Shown here: in pieces, positions 16,389-25,663 of the stretch | Position numbering within the stretch: position 1 is the first letter of the stretch | Layout: every line of letters starts with the position of its first letter | Source of the DNA: an uncultured bacterium | GTDB taxonomy: Bacteria; Verrucomicrobiota; Kiritimatiellia; RFP12; UBA1067 | Assembly: GCA_902800055.1 (NCBI GenBank) | Contig: CADCCW010000011.1 | Location: forward strand, 2,270 to 66,269 | Reading direction: 5' to 3' | DNA length: 64,000 nt | Notes under the pieces: generated by a model | The model's input: only the letters and a program-made list of their open reading frames with translations | The model's database searches: none | Told to the model about the DNA's origin: nothing | Position numbers and translations under genes: made by a program

Positions 16389-17308
16389 TCGGCGCGCCGA
16401 GGGAGGATATGTTCCAGCCGGGCGACGTGTTCCGCGGCTACCAGGTGGTGCGTCTCATCGGCAAGGGCGCTGTGGGCGAGGTGTATCAGGTGCGGCATGA
16501 CGAGCTTGACACGCTCTTTGCTCTCAAGGTGCTTTATCCCGAAGTGTCGGCCGGCGACGCGGAGAGCGTGAAGCGGCTCTACCGCGAGGCGAAGATCGGC
16601 GCCAAGGTGCGCCATCCGAGCCTTGTTACGGTGCACGACTGCGGCTATGACCTCGACATGCGGCTGAACTATATGGTGATGGACTACGTGCCCGGCTCCA
16701 ACCTGCGCGTCGCCATCGGCCACACCGGCCGCATCGCCGTCGACCGCGCGGTGCGGATCGTCACCCAGCTTGCCGACGCGATGGCGGCCCTGCGGGGTTT
16801 CGGTGTGGTGCACCGCGACATCAAGCCGGAGAACGTTATCCTCCAGCCGGACGGCACCGCCAAGCTCGTCGACCTCGGCATCGCGAAGGCGGTGCATCTC
16901 GAGGACTCGCTGGTGACGCTCGCCGGCGCCACGTTCGGCTCGCCCATCTACATCTCCCCCGAGCAGGTCGTCGACGCGTCCGACGTCGACGCCCGCGCCG
17001 ACATCTACTCGCTCGGCATCGTGTTTTTCGAGATGGTGACCGGCCGCTGTCCGTACGTGGGGCGGAACATCGCCCAGGTGCTGCGCGAGATAATGAGCGA
17101 GGATCCGGTGCCGGACGCGCGCGACGTCTGCCCCGACGTTCCGGCGGAGGTGGCGGTGCTCATCCGGCGGATGTGCGTGAAGGATCGCGCCCGGCGGCTG
17201 CAGGACTTCAACGCGGTGCTTGAAGAACTCGAAAAGCTCGGCTACGATTTGCGCGGCTGCCGCACCGGCGGCATGGTCTACACCTCGATCGGCGGCACGG
17301 CGCCATAG
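16385..17308 (+). CDS. Hanks-type Ser/Thr protein kinase, catalytic domain only (307 aa)
   Basis: GKGAVGEV, FALKVL, HRDIKPENV, VDLGIA and YISPEQ. ATGA overlap with the preceding kinase gene. Confidence 0.8.
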   Translation: MIGAPREDMFQPGDVFRGYQVVRLIGKGAVGEVYQVRHDELDTLFALKVLYPEVSAGDAESVKRLYREAKIGAKVRHPSLVTVHDCGYDLDMRLNYMVMDYVPGSNLRVAIGHTGRIAVDRAVRIVTQLADAMAALRGFGVVHRDIKPENVILQPDGTAKLVDLGIAKAVHLEDSLVTLAGATFGSPIYISPEQVVDASDVDARADIYSLGIVFFEMVTGRCPYVGRNIAQVLREIMSEDPVPDARDVCPDVPAEVAVLIRRMCVKDRARRLQDFNAVLEELEKLGYDLRGCRTGGMVYTSIGGTAP

Positions 17309-17319
17309 CCGCCTTTTTA

Positions 17320-17328
17320 TGGTATAAT
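17320..17328 (+). promoter_or_regulatory. Extended -10 box TGGTATAAT, 9 nt upstream of the ATG at 17338
   Basis: Exact motif in tttatggtataataccctgcatATG. Confidence 0.6.
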
Positions 17329-17337
17329 ACCCTGCAT

Positions 17338-18087
17338 ATGGCGGACATGAAGACACTTCTCGATGCGATTGAAAAGGCGGGGTGCGTGGCGGCGATGACC
17401 GGCGCTGGCGTCTCCACCCTTTGCGGCATTCCGGATTTCCGGGGGCCAAAGGGCCTCTATCGCAATCCAGACGCCGAGCGCATCTTCGACATCGATTGGT
17501 TCGACCGCGATCCTTCCGTCTACTACCGCGGCTGCAGCGAGCTCGTCTACGGACTCGGCGCATTCAAGCCTGGGCCGGTGCATGATGCGCTCCGGCGGCT
17601 GGAGCTCGCCGGCCGTCTCGACGGCATCATCACCCAGAACATCGACATGCTCCACCAGAAGGCCGGCTCGACGCGTGTCTGGGAGGTGCACGGCTCGCCG
17701 ATCATGCACCACTGCCGTCGCTGCGGTCGTGGTGTCTCGTTCGACGAGGTGATGACGATGATTGACCAGAACGGCGGAACTGCCGCGCTCAACGACGGCT
17801 ACGTTCCGCGCTGCGCCTGCGGCGGACCGTTCAAGCCTGACATCACCTTCTTCGGCGAGGCATTGCCAGAAGCGGCGTTCATGCGTTCGCAGGAGCTGGC
17901 CATGCGCGCTGACGTGATGCTGGTGCTCGGCACGTCGCTCACCGTCTTCCCAGCCGCAGGACTCCCACGACTCACTCTCCAGCGCGGCGGCAAGGTGTTC
18001 ATCGTCAACGCCCAGCCGACTCCGCTCGACGACTTTGCCGCGGCGCGATATCCAGATCTTATGGAATTCGCGGAGGCCGTGCCGTGA
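17338..18087 (+). CDS. cobB: NAD-dependent protein deacylase (Sir2/CobB family)
   Basis: GAGVSTLCGIPDFRGPKGLY, QNIDMLHQKAGS, EVHGS, and Zn cysteines CRRCG...CACGG. Confidence 0.8.
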   Translation: MADMKTLLDAIEKAGCVAAMTGAGVSTLCGIPDFRGPKGLYRNPDAERIFDIDWFDRDPSVYYRGCSELVYGLGAFKPGPVHDALRRLELAGRLDGIITQNIDMLHQKAGSTRVWEVHGSPIMHHCRRCGRGVSFDEVMTMIDQNGGTAALNDGYVPRCACGGPFKPDITFFGEALPEAAFMRSQELAMRADVMLVLGTSLTVFPAAGLPRLTLQRGGKVFIVNAQPTPLDDFAAARYPDLMEFAEAVP

Positions 18088-18995
18088 GCACATTGTTAGT
18101 AGGCTACACCGCGGCGGATCTCGATGCGAAGCTCCTCGAAGGCGACGTGGTCTGTCATGTCCTCGACATCTACCACCAACACGCGATCGAACGCAGGTGG
18201 GGAGCGAAGTGCGTCTGTGCCCCGCACCTGCCGGAAGGGCCGTGGGATCTCGTCCGCTTCCGCACCGGGCCGAAGGTGATGTCCGGCGAGCTCTCGCTCG
18301 ACCTGCTGCAGGAGATCCACCTGCTCAAGCCGGCGAAGTTCGAGCTCGATTTTGTCGGCCGCGAACGCGACCGTAACGACCTGCTTGCCAAGATCAAGGA
18401 CGACCCCTACCGCGTCCGCTCCTTTGCCGCCACCTGGCCGGCCTCAGTGCCCGGCGGTCCGCGGTTGAAGTTCACGAGCTTCCCCGGCTGTTTCTGCCAC
18501 CGTCGGCTCGACGAGGGCGGCCTCGCGCTCGCCGAGGTGGTTTCGCGCGAGCTTGGCCCCTCGCCGCGCGTGCGGCGGCTAACGCTCCTCGACATGGGCG
18601 CGGGCTGTGGGCTCGTCGCATTCCTCGTCGCTTCGGCCGTGCCCGGGATCGCGCTCACGATGGTCGACTCGCACACGCGCGCGGTGGAGGCGGCGCGGCT
18701 CAACTCCGCCAACCTCGGCATCCCCGCCGACGTGGTCCTCTCGGACGACGGAACGCCGCCGGAGCTTGACGGCTCGTTCGACGTCTTCGTCGGCAATCCT
18801 CCGTACTACAGCGAATACCGCATCGCCGACGTGTTCCTCGCCACCGCGGTCAGGGCGCTGAAGCCTGGCGGTGTCTGCTACATGGTGTGCAAGAACGTGG
18901 ACGGTCTCCGGCCGGTGCAGCTGCGGCGTTTCGCGGAAGTCCAGGTAGTCAACCGCCGCGGCTACGCGGTGCTCAAGTCCCAGAAAGGAAAATAG
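18084..18995 (+). CDS. Class I SAM-dependent methyltransferase (RsmC/RlmG-like small-domain type)
   Basis: LDMGAGCGLV (motif I) and VGNPPYY (motif IV). GTGA overlap with the Sir2 gene. Confidence 0.65.
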   Translation: MSTLLVGYTAADLDAKLLEGDVVCHVLDIYHQHAIERRWGAKCVCAPHLPEGPWDLVRFRTGPKVMSGELSLDLLQEIHLLKPAKFELDFVGRERDRNDLLAKIKDDPYRVRSFAATWPASVPGGPRLKFTSFPGCFCHRRLDEGGLALAEVVSRELGPSPRVRRLTLLDMGAGCGLVAFLVASAVPGIALTMVDSHTRAVEAARLNSANLGIPADVVLSDDGTPPELDGSFDVFVGNPPYYSEYRIADVFLATAVRALKPGGVCYMVCKNVDGLRPVQLRRFAEVQVVNRRGYAVLKSQKGK

Positions 18996-18997
18996 CG

Positions 18998-19747
18998 ATG
19001 CTCAGCTTTGGTTTTAGGCGCCTCAAGGTCTGCGAGGCATTCGGGATACCGGTCTACCTCGACTGGTCGACGATTTTCCTTGCGCTGATGTTCCTTCAGC
19101 TCGACAACATCGTGCTGTCGCTTTCGCTCGCCGCGGTGCTGCTCGTCTCGATCGTCCTCCACGAGCTCGGCCACTCGCTCACCGCGCGCTGCTTCGGCTG
19201 CAACACCAAGGATATCACGCTTACAGTCATCGGCGGCTGCGCGTCGCTCGAGCGGATGCCCTACAAGGCGTGGCAGGAGCTGCTGGTGGCGGCGGCTGGC
19301 CCGGCGACGAGTTTCGCCATCGGCATTGCGATGTGGTTCGCCGCGGTCGCCCTGAACGAAGGCTTTGCCGCTGTGCTGTTCTGGTGCGGCGCGCAGCTCA
19401 ACATCGGGCTTGCGCTCTTCAACTTGCTGCCGGGTTTCCCGATGGACGGCGGCCGCATCTTCCGGTCGCTCGCGAGGTTCTTCACCACCAGGGCGAGGGC
19501 AACCTACGTGGCGATGGCAGTCGGTCGCGTCTTCGCCGTGCTGCTCGTCGTGGGGCCACTTCTCGGCGTCACCCACGTCTGGATCATCCCCATCGGCGGC
19601 TCTTTCATCCTGCGTGCGCTCATCGCGTGGATGATCTGGACCGTGGGCTGGAACGAGTACCAGCTCGCGCTCGCCGAGGAAAACTACCGGCGCTGGACGC
19701 AGGCGGACTTTGACGCGCGCGTCTCGCCGCCGCCTTACGAACTCTAA
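18998..19747 (+). CDS. M50-family (site-2 protease-like) membrane metalloprotease
   Basis: HELGHSL and NLLPGFPMDGGR, with several TM segments. Confidence 0.75.
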   Translation: MLSFGFRRLKVCEAFGIPVYLDWSTIFLALMFLQLDNIVLSLSLAAVLLVSIVLHELGHSLTARCFGCNTKDITLTVIGGCASLERMPYKAWQELLVAAAGPATSFAIGIAMWFAAVALNEGFAAVLFWCGAQLNIGLALFNLLPGFPMDGGRIFRSLARFFTTRARATYVAMAVGRVFAVLLVVGPLLGVTHVWIIPIGGSFILRALIAWMIWTVGWNEYQLALAEENYRRWTQADFDARVSPPPYEL

Positions 19748-19764
19748 CCGGCTGGAGAAGGGGC

Positions 19765-20403
19765 ATGAAGGTCATTATCGAGGAGAGCTGGCACAAGGCG
19801 CTGGCCGGCGAGTTTGAGGAACCGTATTTCGAGAACCTGGCCCACTTCGTCCGCGGCGCCTACCAGAGCGGCGTCTGTTATCCGCCGCCGAAGCTTATCT
19901 TCAACGCCTTCGCGCAGACTCCGTTTGACGCGGTGAAAGTGGTAATCCTGGGGCAGGACCCGTACCACGAGCCGGGGCAGGCGCAGGGTCTGGCGTTCTA
20001 CGTGCCGCCGCAGGTGACGCCGCCGCCGTCGCTAAAGAACATCGCACAGGAGCTTGGACACATGCCCGACCTCCTTTCCTGGGCGCGGCAGGGGGTGCTG
20101 CTGTTGAATTCCACGCTGACCGTGGCGGCGCATCAGGCCGGTTCCCACCAAGGGCGGGGCTGGGAGCGTTTCACCGACGCCGTGGTGCGCGTCCTTGCCG
20201 AGCGGCGCGAGCATCTCGTCTTCATCCTCTGGGGCTCCTATGCGCAGCGGAAGGGGGCGATGGTTGACCGCTCGCGCCATTGCGTGATCGCCTCGGCGCA
20301 CCCGTCGCCGCTCTCTGCCTACCGCGGCTTCTTCGGCTCGCGTCCCTTCGCCCGCGCCAATGAATACCTGGTCGCCAACTCCATCGCCCCCATCGAGTGG
20401 TGA
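19765..20403 (+). CDS. ung: Uracil-DNA glycosylase (family 1)
   Basis: VVILGQDPYH, GVLLLNSTLTV and AHPSPLSA. Confidence 0.9.
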   Translation: MKVIIEESWHKALAGEFEEPYFENLAHFVRGAYQSGVCYPPPKLIFNAFAQTPFDAVKVVILGQDPYHEPGQAQGLAFYVPPQVTPPPSLKNIAQELGHMPDLLSWARQGVLLLNSTLTVAAHQAGSHQGRGWERFTDAVVRVLAERREHLVFILWGSYAQRKGAMVDRSRHCVIASAHPSPLSAYRGFFGSRPFARANEYLVANSIAPIEW

Positions 20404-20440
20404 GGGCGATTGACGCGTCGGCGCCCGCGGCTGCCAAAGG

Positions 20441-21604
20441 TCATTCCCCGCCTGCGCCGAAGACGCGGCGGACGGCTTCGAGATAGCCGAGGCCGTTGAC
20501 GGTGTCGGGTTCGAGATATGATCCTTCTGTCCACTCGTTCCAGGCGTTGACGGTGATCAGCTTTGGCATTCCCGGCTGGGGATTCCGGTCGAGCCAGTCC
20601 TTGGCGCGGCGAAGGACCTGCTCGAATTTCTCCGGCGTGGAACCGACGGCCGCCGCCGCCTTGACCTCCTTGGGGAATCGGGGATTGTTGTCCCAGCCGA
20701 CGGATGCATGCGGGAAATAGGCAATCCCCAAGCCGCGCTTCGCCGCGTCAAAGCGCGCCGCCGCGCGTTCGGCCCAGTCGGCATAGTCCGGGTTGCCGGC
20801 CGGACTCGCCCAGTGAACGAGATTGTAGATTGTCGCGGAATCGATGCCGAGAGGCTTTGTCCATTCCGGCCGGAGTCCGTAGTCGCACGCCATTAGATGG
20901 ATGCCGTTGGGGAAACCCGCCTTGGCCGCTTCCGTGCGCAGGAAGGCAATCGACTCGGCCGCTTTCCCGATGCCGCCGACGCGGTCTATGAACGTGCCGA
21001 TCTCGTAGATCATGAGAACGGGCTTGCCGCCGATGCGGTAGTAGTTTGGGCGCTTGAAGTAGTTGTCGATCCAGCGCCGCGCAATTACCCTGAACTCGGC
21101 CGCGTCGACGTCGGCTTTCCAGAGGAATCCCCTCGATTTCTTGTCCGCGACTTTGTTGTTCCAGGTCGAGTCGACGTCGTGGTTTGCCCACATGACGAAG
21201 AACTTCATCTTGCCGTTGTTCTTCGCGCCCAGGAAGCCATGGTCAAGCGCGTCCTCGAGGAAGGGGCGGCCGCCATACCAGTACCAGTCGTAGATGAATA
21301 CGTTGACGCCATGCGAAACTGCCGCGTCGATCTTCTTCTCCATCACCTTCGGGTCGGCCTCGTTTTCGTAGCCCCAAAGCGGCATTAACGGCTGCGCGTG
21401 GCCTTCCCATTTCGGCACGGCCTCCCAGACGTTCTGCCACTCGCCCTTGCCCGCATCGAAGATACCGAGCTCCGTCCAGCGCGGATCGGGCTGGTACGCC
21501 GGCCACACATAGGCAGCCACGTCGTATTTCTGCTCCGCCGCGAAGGCTAGGAAGCACGCGAGCGTGGACGCGGCGAACGTGTACCAGCATTTCTGTTTGT
21601 CCAT
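20441..21604 (-). CDS. Secreted WbsX-like glycosyl hydrolase/transferase family protein
   Basis: Signal peptide present. The pattern GHAQPLMPLWGYENEADPKVMEKKIDAAVSHGVNVFIYDWYWYGGRPFLE resembles the WbsX (PF14307-type) signature as I remember it. An AAGGAG RBS is present. Confidence 0.5.
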   Translation of the reverse strand: MDKQKCWYTFAASTLACFLAFAAEQKYDVAAYVWPAYQPDPRWTELGIFDAGKGEWQNVWEAVPKWEGHAQPLMPLWGYENEADPKVMEKKIDAAVSHGVNVFIYDWYWYGGRPFLEDALDHGFLGAKNNGKMKFFVMWANHDVDSTWNNKVADKKSRGFLWKADVDAAEFRVIARRWIDNYFKRPNYYRIGGKPVLMIYEIGTFIDRVGGIGKAAESIAFLRTEAAKAGFPNGIHLMACDYGLRPEWTKPLGIDSATIYNLVHWASPAGNPDYADWAERAAARFDAAKRGLGIAYFPHASVGWDNNPRFPKEVKAAAAVGSTPEKFEQVLRRAKDWLDRNPQPGMPKLITVNAWNEWTEGSYLEPDTVNGLGYLEAVRRVFGAGGE

Positions 21605-21759
21605 AATGGATTATCTCCTTGTTTGTTGCCTGGAATAACCCGCTACAAGCCACGGTGTTGCCATCCATAGCGGCGATGGCGAGAATTATAGCAAAAGTCG
21701 GCCGAGAATGGCAATGTGCAAGGAGTTGCAAGGGGCGGTTGCGGATGGGGCGGATAATT

Positions 21760-21768
21760 TGGTATAAT
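21760..21768 (+). promoter_or_regulatory. Extended -10 box TGGTATAAT for rng, followed by a ~58-nt leader
   Basis: Exact motif. Unlike most copies, it is followed by a long 5' UTR. Confidence 0.55.
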
Positions 21769-21775
21769 ACGCACA

Positions 21776-21793
21776 ACGCGCAAGGAGGCGCGT
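21776..21793 (+). promoter_or_regulatory. 5'-terminal stem-loop of the predicted rng leader
   Basis: ACGCGC aaggag GCGCGT, a 6-bp perfect stem beginning about 7 nt after the -10 box. Confidence 0.4.
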
Positions 21794-21833
21794 TGAAAAC
21801 GCAGATTTAACCACTTAATGAAACGGATGACCA

Positions 21834-23420
21834 ATGAATTTGTTCGGATGGCTCAAGCGCTCCAAAATGAAGCGCGAGATAATCGTCAACGTTGAAAAGC
21901 TCGAGACTCGGGTGGCGGTGATAGAAAACGGCCGCCTCGAGGAATACATGGTCGAGCATCCCGAGGAGGAGCGGCTGGTAGGCAGCGTCTTCAAGGGTCG
22001 GGTGCAGAACCTCGAGAACGACCTCCAGGCGGCGTTCGTCGACATCGGGCTGAAGAAGAACGCCTTCCTCCACTACTGGGACATGACCAGCGACGCGGAC
22101 TCGATCCTCGACGACGACGACGACAAGTCGCGCGGCGAGCGGCGCGGCGGCAAGAAGTCCAACCGGCTTTCCGACGCCGAGATCGCCAAGCGCTTCCCGC
22201 CCGGATCGGAGATCATCGTCCAGGTCACCAAGGGCCCCATCTCCACCAAGGGCCCGCGCGTCACCGCCAACCTCTCCATTCCCGGGCGCTACCTGGTTAT
22301 GATGCCGGGCGAGAAGATACGCGGCGTCTCGAAGAAGATTTCCGACGGCGCCGAGCGCAAGCGGCTGAAGAAGATCCTCGACAAGCTGCCGCTTCCTGAG
22401 AACGTCGGCCTCGTCGTGCGCACCGTAGGCGCGGGCGCGAGCGCGCGGGCGTTCGCGCGCGACCTGAGGGGGCTCATCTCGGTCTGGAACGAGATGCAGG
22501 CCAACACCAAGAACCTGCGCACGCCCTGCTGCATCTTCCAGGAACCGGACCTCTGCGAGCGTGTCGTGCGCGACTGGCTCACCGAGGACGTCGACTCGAT
22601 CGTCATCGACGACGAGGCGAGCTACGAGGCGATGCGCAGGCTCACCGGCCAGATCTCGCGCCGGGCGAAGTCAAAGATATGCCGCTACGACGGCAACGCC
22701 GGCATCTTCGAACACTACGGCATCGAGCGCCAGCTCGCCGACGCCTTTGCGCGCAAGGTGGCGCTGAAGTCCGGCGGCTATCTGGTCATCGACGAGACCG
22801 AGGCGCTGGTGGCGGTGGACGTCAATACCGGCCACTACAAGGGCAACGGCAACCAGGAGGACGCCATCCGCGAGGTGAACCTCGAGGCGGTGGACGAGGT
22901 GGCGCGGCAGCTGCGGCTGCGGAACATCGGCGGCCTGGTGGTGCTCGACCTCATCGACATGAAGAGCCGCAAGCACCAGCGCGAGGTGGTGCGCCGGCTC
23001 AAGGAGGCGCTCAAGCGCGACCGCGCGCGCACCAACGTGCTCGAGATCAGCGAGCTCGGCCTCCTGGAGATGTCGCGCCAGCGCCAGGACAGTTCCATCC
23101 TCTCGCAGCTCACCTCCAGGTGTCCCTACTGCCAGGGCTGCGGGCACGTCAAGTCGCCGATGGCGGTGTCGGTCGAGATCCAGCGCACGCTGACGACGCT
23201 TCTGCGGAAGGCGGAGCAGAACAAGAAGCCGTTCGAGCCGAAGATCGTCATCGCGCCGCAGGTGATGCAGCGCCTCCGCACCGAGGACAGCCAGATCCTC
23301 GCCCAGCTGCAGAAGGACTTCAGCACCTGCCTCACTTTCGTATCCGAACTCCACCGCCACCCCGAGTCGTTCGCAGTGCTCGATGCCGCGACCGGCCAGG
23401 TGGTCTACTCACAGTCGTAG
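21834..23420 (+). CDS. rng: Ribonuclease G (RNase E/G family)
   Basis: S1 domain VGSVFKGRVQNLENDLQAAFVDIG, catalytic LVAVDVNTG, a Zn-link CPYCQGCG, and a 528-aa size typical of RNase G. Confidence 0.85.
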   Translation: MNLFGWLKRSKMKREIIVNVEKLETRVAVIENGRLEEYMVEHPEEERLVGSVFKGRVQNLENDLQAAFVDIGLKKNAFLHYWDMTSDADSILDDDDDKSRGERRGGKKSNRLSDAEIAKRFPPGSEIIVQVTKGPISTKGPRVTANLSIPGRYLVMMPGEKIRGVSKKISDGAERKRLKKILDKLPLPENVGLVVRTVGAGASARAFARDLRGLISVWNEMQANTKNLRTPCCIFQEPDLCERVVRDWLTEDVDSIVIDDEASYEAMRRLTGQISRRAKSKICRYDGNAGIFEHYGIERQLADAFARKVALKSGGYLVIDETEALVAVDVNTGHYKGNGNQEDAIREVNLEAVDEVARQLRLRNIGGLVVLDLIDMKSRKHQREVVRRLKEALKRDRARTNVLEISELGLLEMSRQRQDSSILSQLTSRCPYCQGCGHVKSPMAVSVEIQRTLTTLLRKAEQNKKPFEPKIVIAPQVMQRLRTEDSQILAQLQKDFSTCLTFVSELHRHPESFAVLDAATGQVVYSQS

Positions 23421-23427
23421 GAACGCC

Positions 23428-25644
23428 ATGAGCATAGCGCTGATACTCGCCGCCGCGTCGATAGGGACGCTCGACATCGCCGCCGACCGTGTCGCGGTCG
23501 ACAACGTCACCAAGGCGGCCGTCGCCGAAGGCAACGTCACGGTCAGGGAAGGGGTCATGTCGCTCCGCTCCGAGAAGCTCGAGCGCGACGCCGACGGCAT
23601 CGTGCGGCTGCACCGGCCGTCCACCGCCACCACCTGCACCAATGCGGTCGGCCACACCCACTGGTGCGCGGAGGGTGAAGTCGAATACAGCCCGCACGAC
23701 TACGTCGTCCTGCGCGGCGTGTGGCTGAGGCTGTTCGAGGTGCCGGTCTTCTGGCTGCCGTACTTCTGGTATCCGCTTGACACCGACTGCGGATTCAGCT
23801 GGATGCCCGGCTATACCAGCCGCTGGGGCGCGTACGTGATGACTAAGTACCGCTACCACCTGCTCGGCGACGAGGCGCACGGCGACGAGTCATGGTGGCT
23901 CTCCGCGGCGACGCGGCTCGACCTCAGGTACAAGAACGGCGTGGCGGTTGGCGAGGACTTCGAGTGGGGTCTCGGGCGGTTCGGCACCGGCTCGTTCAAG
24001 GCCTACTACGCGCTTGACGAAGACGCCAACCGCCGCTACGGCGGCTATGGGTACTACCCCTCTGCCGCCGGCTATGCCTATCCCTACGGCGGAGACTACG
24101 CCAACTGGGGCGGTGGCTCGGTCGGGCGCGACCGCTACGGGTTCGAGGCGAAGCACCGCTGGGAGGCGACTGAGCGCGACACGGTGACGTTGCGCGGTTC
24201 GCTCTATTCCGACGCCTACTTTCGCAACGACTTCTTCCGCGACTCGTTCTTCAACATCAAGAACCAGTTCCGCAGCTACGACACGAGCGGCGTCTTCTGG
24301 GAGCACGTCGAGAACCTGTTCTCCTTTGGCGCCGAGGCCGACGGCCGGCTTGAGACCTTCCGCGGCGCCACAGAGCGCCTGCCGGAGATATACTTCGACG
24401 TCAATCCAACGCCGGTGCCGCTTCTCCCGGTCAACTACGAGTCATCGAGCCGCATCGGCTACTTGCGCCGCCGCAGCGCCGACAGCACTTTTTCGGCACG
24501 ACCGGCGTACCGGTCCAATCCCGGCGTCTGGGCAGATTACGAGTCGCTGCGCATTGACACCTACCACCGCCTGACCGCGCCGTTCAGGCTATTCGACGTC
24601 CTTTCCGCGGTGCCGCGGCTTGCGTGGCGCGGCACTTTCTACGACAAGGCCGGCTACACCTGCCTCGACGGCTGGTCGGAGGCCGGATCGACAGGCAAGT
24701 GGTTCTCGCGTTCGATCGTCGAGGAGGGCATCACCTTCGCCGCGCGCGGCGAGGCGTGGGTCAACGACCGCTGGCGCCACCTCGTCGAGCCGTATTTCGA
24801 CGTCCTCGCCCAGCAGGCGCACATTTCCGGCGATTCCGGCGGCGCACGCGCCTACGTCTACGATTCTCTTGACGCCTCTCGTACCTGGGAAGACCAGTTT
24901 GCCGGCCGCAGCCGCAACCTGCCCTACACCTACTACGGCGTCACCCCAGGCCTGCGCAACGCCTGGAGCAAGATGGACGAGAAGGGCCGCCTGTGGACGG
25001 TGCTTGACTTCGACGCCTACGCGGCGCTGCAGTTCAACCATGCCGACTACCTGCATGCCCCGTGGGGTCTCGATGACGTGTGGCACCGTCTCGCGGTCAA
25101 CGGCAAGCCAAACTACGGCGAAGGTGATCCGCTTGTCGTCCCCGGTGCGCGGCTGAGGTGGACGCCTGCCGAGGACATCCGCCTTGTCACGCGCGCGGAG
25201 TACGATTCCGACGACAACAAGGTGGCGCTCGCGGACGTCACGCTCAACCACCGGCTCTCGCGCGACTTCGACTGGAGGCTCTCCTACATGCTACGCGACC
25301 ACCGGATGTGGGACTTCTCCTCCTCGCCGTTCGATCCCGCCTACATGCGCACCGACACGCTCAACCGCACGTTCTTCCACCTTGCCGAGCTCGGCTTCAC
25401 CCACCAGCCGCTCGACTGGTTCCGGTACTCGCCGTTCATCCGCTGGGACATCGACGAGAACGAGCTCGACGTCGTGGGTGCGACTTTCGACTTCATGACC
25501 GACTGCCTCTGTTTCCGCTTCTACGTCGAGTACGAGAACGAGTGCTGGCTTGTTGACGGTGCCCGCTATGACGATGACTGGAACTTCGGCTTTCAGCTGA
25601 TCTTGCGTGCCTTCGGCGAAGGGGGCAGGAGCATCTTCAACTGA
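23428..25644 (+). CDS. lptD: LPS-assembly outer-membrane protein LptD-like (OstA N-terminal domain plus large beta-barrel)
   Basis: N-terminal ADRVAVDNVTKAAVAEGNVTVREG (OstA-like). Long, aromatic-rich, beta-strand-like sequence ending in F/N. Adjacent to lpxK. Confidence 0.6.
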   Translation: MSIALILAAASIGTLDIAADRVAVDNVTKAAVAEGNVTVREGVMSLRSEKLERDADGIVRLHRPSTATTCTNAVGHTHWCAEGEVEYSPHDYVVLRGVWLRLFEVPVFWLPYFWYPLDTDCGFSWMPGYTSRWGAYVMTKYRYHLLGDEAHGDESWWLSAATRLDLRYKNGVAVGEDFEWGLGRFGTGSFKAYYALDEDANRRYGGYGYYPSAAGYAYPYGGDYANWGGGSVGRDRYGFEAKHRWEATERDTVTLRGSLYSDAYFRNDFFRDSFFNIKNQFRSYDTSGVFWEHVENLFSFGAEADGRLETFRGATERLPEIYFDVNPTPVPLLPVNYESSSRIGYLRRRSADSTFSARPAYRSNPGVWADYESLRIDTYHRLTAPFRLFDVLSAVPRLAWRGTFYDKAGYTCLDGWSEAGSTGKWFSRSIVEEGITFAARGEAWVNDRWRHLVEPYFDVLAQQAHISGDSGGARAYVYDSLDASRTWEDQFAGRSRNLPYTYYGVTPGLRNAWSKMDEKGRLWTVLDFDAYAALQFNHADYLHAPWGLDDVWHRLAVNGKPNYGEGDPLVVPGARLRWTPAEDIRLVTRAEYDSDDNKVALADVTLNHRLSRDFDWRLSYMLRDHRMWDFSSSPFDPAYMRTDTLNRTFFHLAELGFTHQPLDWFRYSPFIRWDIDENELDVVGATFDFMTDCLCFRFYVEYENECWLVDGARYDDDWNFGFQLILRAFGEGGRSIFN

Positions 25645-25663
25645 CGCAAACCCCACTCCCTCG

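Noticed and set aside
17338-18087. The Sir2-family protein as a phage-defence effector (Thoeris ThsA, DSR or SIR2-HerA type).
   Set aside because: It is a 249-aa stand-alone CobB-like deacylase with the canonical Zn ribbon. It has no SLOG, TIR, helicase or other fused or adjacent defence partner, and it sits in a housekeeping context.
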